NCBI GenBank assembly: GCA_040285855.1
Contig: JAUFOQ010000006.1
Coordinates: 1,674,001 to 1,738,000, forward strand
Direction: 5' to 3'
Length of the DNA: 64,000 bases
Source: Eukaryota sp. GEM-RC1
Taxonomy: Eukaryota
Within the stretch, counting starts at the first letter, position 1, and each line of letters starts with the position of its first letter. Under the pieces are notes generated by a model. That model saw nothing but the letters and a program-made list of their open reading frames with translations. It was not told the origin of the DNA and made no database searches. Position numbers and translations under genes: made by a program. This document shows, piece by piece, positions 60,540 through 64,000 of this stretch.

Positions 60540-62860
60540 ACTCAAGAATTGTTCTTTCTTTTAGAAGTACGGTTCATGATTCAGTAAGGGATCAATTATA
60601 TTGTATGTGTAAATCTTATGGAATAGTTTCCTTTTTAGAACCAGTTCTGGCTGGTTTGTTTGATGATACAGATGTTGACAAATCGTTTGGAAATAGCCGT
60701 GGTGATGTCATATTTCCTGGTCTTGATGGATCTTTTATTATTGCTGATGTTATGTCTATCAATGTTTGTAATGATTCCAACAAGAAACTTGCTAAATCTA
60801 ATGCTAAAAACCCCTTGTTGATTGGTGAAAAATTTAAAATGCAAAAATATTGTGCGAAATTGAAATTATTGAATTCGGCTTCACATCCGAATTACTTGTT
60901 GTACCCTTTGTATTTTCACTGTACGGTTCTTTAGGTGAATCTCCAACATCGTTACTTGAAGTCTTTGTGAAGATTGTAAAAGAAAAAACATCTAGGACTT
61001 CACACCGTTTCATTTTGCAATTAGGGTCCCTGATAGCACAACGTCTGCTACTTTATGTCCTGATGTTCTGCTATATGCATCTCCTTCCAATTTTCCTTTG
61101 AATATAGATTTCAAAAATGTTTCTTGGTATATTTTAATTTTGTGTGGCTTTGCACCCAATTTTTCGTAAGTTTCAAATGAAGTTCCCTTCTTTGAATTTG
61201 GGTGCTTATGCTGATGATGCTTCTTTAGTTGGAACTATTGATGATTTATTATCAGCTTTTCCAGTTTTTATAGAGCTTTCTAATGAGATTGGTATGTAGC
61301 TAAAAATGTTTTCTTATCATCTTTTGAGTTCAATTTTGAAGGGCATACTATTCCTTTTCCAATTATAGTGTCGCTGATATTAAGTTTTTGGGTTCATTGG
61401 TCAAATTCGCCTGAAGTTGGATAAGTCATTGGAAATGGCTTCCGTTAAGCTTAAAAAGATTGGTGAGCTGAAAATTGGTCAGCATATTTCTTTTTCCCTT
61501 TTGACGACGTGTTTTGCGTCCAAAATCAATCACTTTTGCGCTCAATCAATCCTGAACTTACTATTGATTTAGCCAGAAGATTTAATTCTTTGAGAACTAA
61601 GTTCTTAAGTGATCTTGCAGGGGTTAATGACTCGAAATTTAGAGCTGTAAAACGGTTCGGCTCAAGCCGTAAACCGAACGACTTGAGCCAAGTCATATCG
61701 AAATTTGGTTCGGCTTACTCAAATGGCTCAAGCCAAAGCCGAACCAGTTTGGATTTCTCCAAGCCAAACCATTCGGCTCAAGCCGTGGCTTGAACTTACT
61801 TCGAACAATATAAATAGTAAACGAACGTGTTGACCAAGTTCATTACATACATCGATTCATAAGGCGTACAAACAAATACAAAAAGTTATAGAAATATCGC
61901 TAGCACACTCATAATTGTGATCACTACTAATAAAATTCTTACCATTGTAGATTTACTGCTTCTCTCTCATGACAGAAAAATCACCAAGGAATTCTTATGT
62001 TTCCCATAACTGCCCCAGATGATCATGAGGTTATAGTGGAAGAAGATCAATTTCAAAGGTACACGAGTTTGTATCCAAACGATATTAAATCATGTCAACT
62101 TGTACAGTGGAAATTGCACAGTAAAGAGTATCCTTCTTTGACAGAGATTTTCTGATCATTCCTGTAATTTCAATTCCCTGTCAAAGCGTTTTTTCCATTG
62201 CTGACCATATCAAGTGCAAAACAAGATCATCACTTGACGACGAATCTTTAACTTCGTTAATGTTTAAAGGATTGTCTCAATTATGGCTATGAATTAGTTT
62301 ATTGTAGTGATGACGAAAACGATGAATCTGCTCATTCTTTAGATTCACAAGGCATCAAAGCATTCATCTACCTTTGTACTAAAATGACAGTAGTTTGTGA
62401 TGAGTTTCATCAATAGAAACAATTACAAAATATTTGTTTATTCAAGCCGAAAAAATATCGACTTGGCTCGGCTTCAAGTCGACTTGTCACTTTGGTTTGG
62501 CTTGCTCAAATGGCTCAAGCCAAAGCCGAACCAGTTTGGAATTTTACAAGCCAAACCATTCGGCTCAAGCCGTTGACAGCTCTATCGAAATTGCCTTATC
62601 ATGCTTTTTCATTGGCTAATTTTGGCGGTGTGGGTTTTTCACAAGCTTCATACTTAACTAAAAGTGCGTTTATTGGTGGAATGAAGAATTTTATATTTGA
62701 CTTTAAATCCAGATACGGTTTTTTGTTTTATGAAAATCTCATTCATTCTACTCCTTGTCTAAGTTCGTTAGTGTCAGTTATTGACATTTTGGATTTGGAT
62801 ATTTGGAATAGCTATTTTCCTTCTCATTTACCAAGTATTCCTGAAAAATCTCCATCGTCT
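60540..62860 (+). mobile_element. CRE-like non-LTR remnants: RLE fragment (about 60540-60980), then an RT/thumb fragment interrupted by a hAT
   Basis: 'VHDSVRDQL...EP...SRGD...DV'; 'GAYADDASLVG' (61201-61233); 'IKFLG'; after the hAT, 'SLANFGGVGF...SAFIG'. Confidence 0.8.
61640..62584 (+). mobile_element. Deleted hAT element retaining a dimerisation-domain remnant
   Basis: TIR TAGAGCTGT(A/C)AA; perfect TSD TCGAAATT; 'WKLHSKEYPSL...FLIIPVISIPCQSVFSIA.....RSSLDDESL..LM' at about 62108-62265. Confidence 0.92.
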
Positions 62861-63130
62861 GTCGTAACTCTGAGAATTCCAGGAACTACTGTAGTAATCG
62901 TAATTGTAGGAATTTTAGGAATTCTTGATCCAACAATCCAGTAATTGAAAAGTATGATATAAGCACAGTAGTATTGTGTCGTTTCAATATGCTTCTTAAG
63001 AACTGTATTCAATTGAAACTTGCAAACATCTGTTCACTGACAATCCAGTTTAAACCGGTTTATTTTACAATTTGCTTTAAAACTGCTAATTTTGATGAAG
63101 AGACAGACTTTGGAGAAATTGAAGTGATGT

Positions 63131-63900
63131 TAGTGTTGCACCTGGGCTCAGCCCTTTACAACTCAGCCCGCCTGGGCTAAGCCCTTTGTTTCAGCCCGCC
63201 CAATCAAATCACTAGCCGTCCCAGCCCAGCCCCCAGCCCAGCCCCCAGCCCAAACAAGTAAACATTGATATAGTAGTGTCTAACTTTTTAGCTTATGGTT
63301 ATTAAGTTCGTTACAATTGCAATCAGAATAATATATATATTCATAATTTCTGGTTGGAATATCAAACATAAATACATGTAAATGTATAAACTAAATTAAT
63401 CTACTTCATTTTCTTCATCATCATCAAGTTCTATATTTAGAGACTTCATTTCTTGTAAAATTTGTTCAAACTCCACTTTGATCTCAAGCTCAAAATAGCT
63501 CTCAAAGACTCAGTGGAGAGCTTTTTTCGACTTTGGCGATGTAACAGAAGCAGGAGGTGGTGTGTCATCTATGATTGTTACGATGTCTTGGCGAGAGGGC
63601 TTTACAAAGATTGGGAATATACTGAAAGAAGATGAATTAGAGTTCATGAAATCTACATTGAGTTTCATCACAACAAACAAATTGATTCATGTAATCAGGA
63701 ATAACAACGGGGACTATGATCAATCAGTGAAATTGAAGCATTTGCAGAAGTTAATAACTGATATGTAATTAGTAGTTTTTACACAATAGTATCTTTTAAC
63801 TATTGCAATGACTTTTGGTCAATGGCATAACGATACTTACAATAATGATACATATATCTACTGTTGATAAATGATGCAATAAAAAATTGGTGCAACACTA
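63131..63900. mobile_element. Non-autonomous hAT element with CAGCCC repeats
   Basis: Perfect 12-bp TIR TAGTGTTGCACC; TSD AGTGATGT/ATTGAGGT (6/8 match). Confidence 0.78.
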
Positions 63901-64000
63901 ATTGAGGTTGTTTTTCCGCGTTTTAATATAATTTTTGTCACTGGAAATACTTTAATACAAAGTACCAGAATATTTCTGGATTCTAAGTTTTTGTACTCAT

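Noticed and set aside
37958..63252. GGGAGT and CAGCCC arrays as interstitial telomere repeats
   Set aside because: They are short, irregular and confined to subterminal regions of TIR elements.

Overview
AT-rich eukaryotic genomic DNA read with the standard genetic code, with tiny 27-34 nt GT-AG introns. The organism is probably a flagellated, possibly anaerobic protist (inference). Compact islands of housekeeping genes (TRAPPC13, V-ATPase F, PLRG1, SLBP, IPK1, isochorismatase-like, MAEA, RPS15, USP, DOLPP1, katanin p60, RPL21, tRNA-Pro) alternate with intergenic tracts full of transposon debris. The debris includes about 13 unrelated non-autonomous hAT elements (most with 8-bp TSDs), two TA-flanked Tc1/mariner-type MITEs, one deleted MULE with a 9-bp TSD, and many fragments of a CRE-like RT/RLE non-LTR retrotransposon. 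The most notable items are: a proline racemase bracketed by two paralogous amino-acid transporters; introns with a fixed putative branch A at -7; strongly enriched TACATGTA/TACTAGTA palindromes (likely excision footprints); a katanin p60 with altered Walker B and pore loops; a kinase-pseudophosphatase fusion; and an EF-hand/coiled-coil tail-anchored protein. Many genes carry single-base indels in homopolymers, most simply explained as long-read assembly error.
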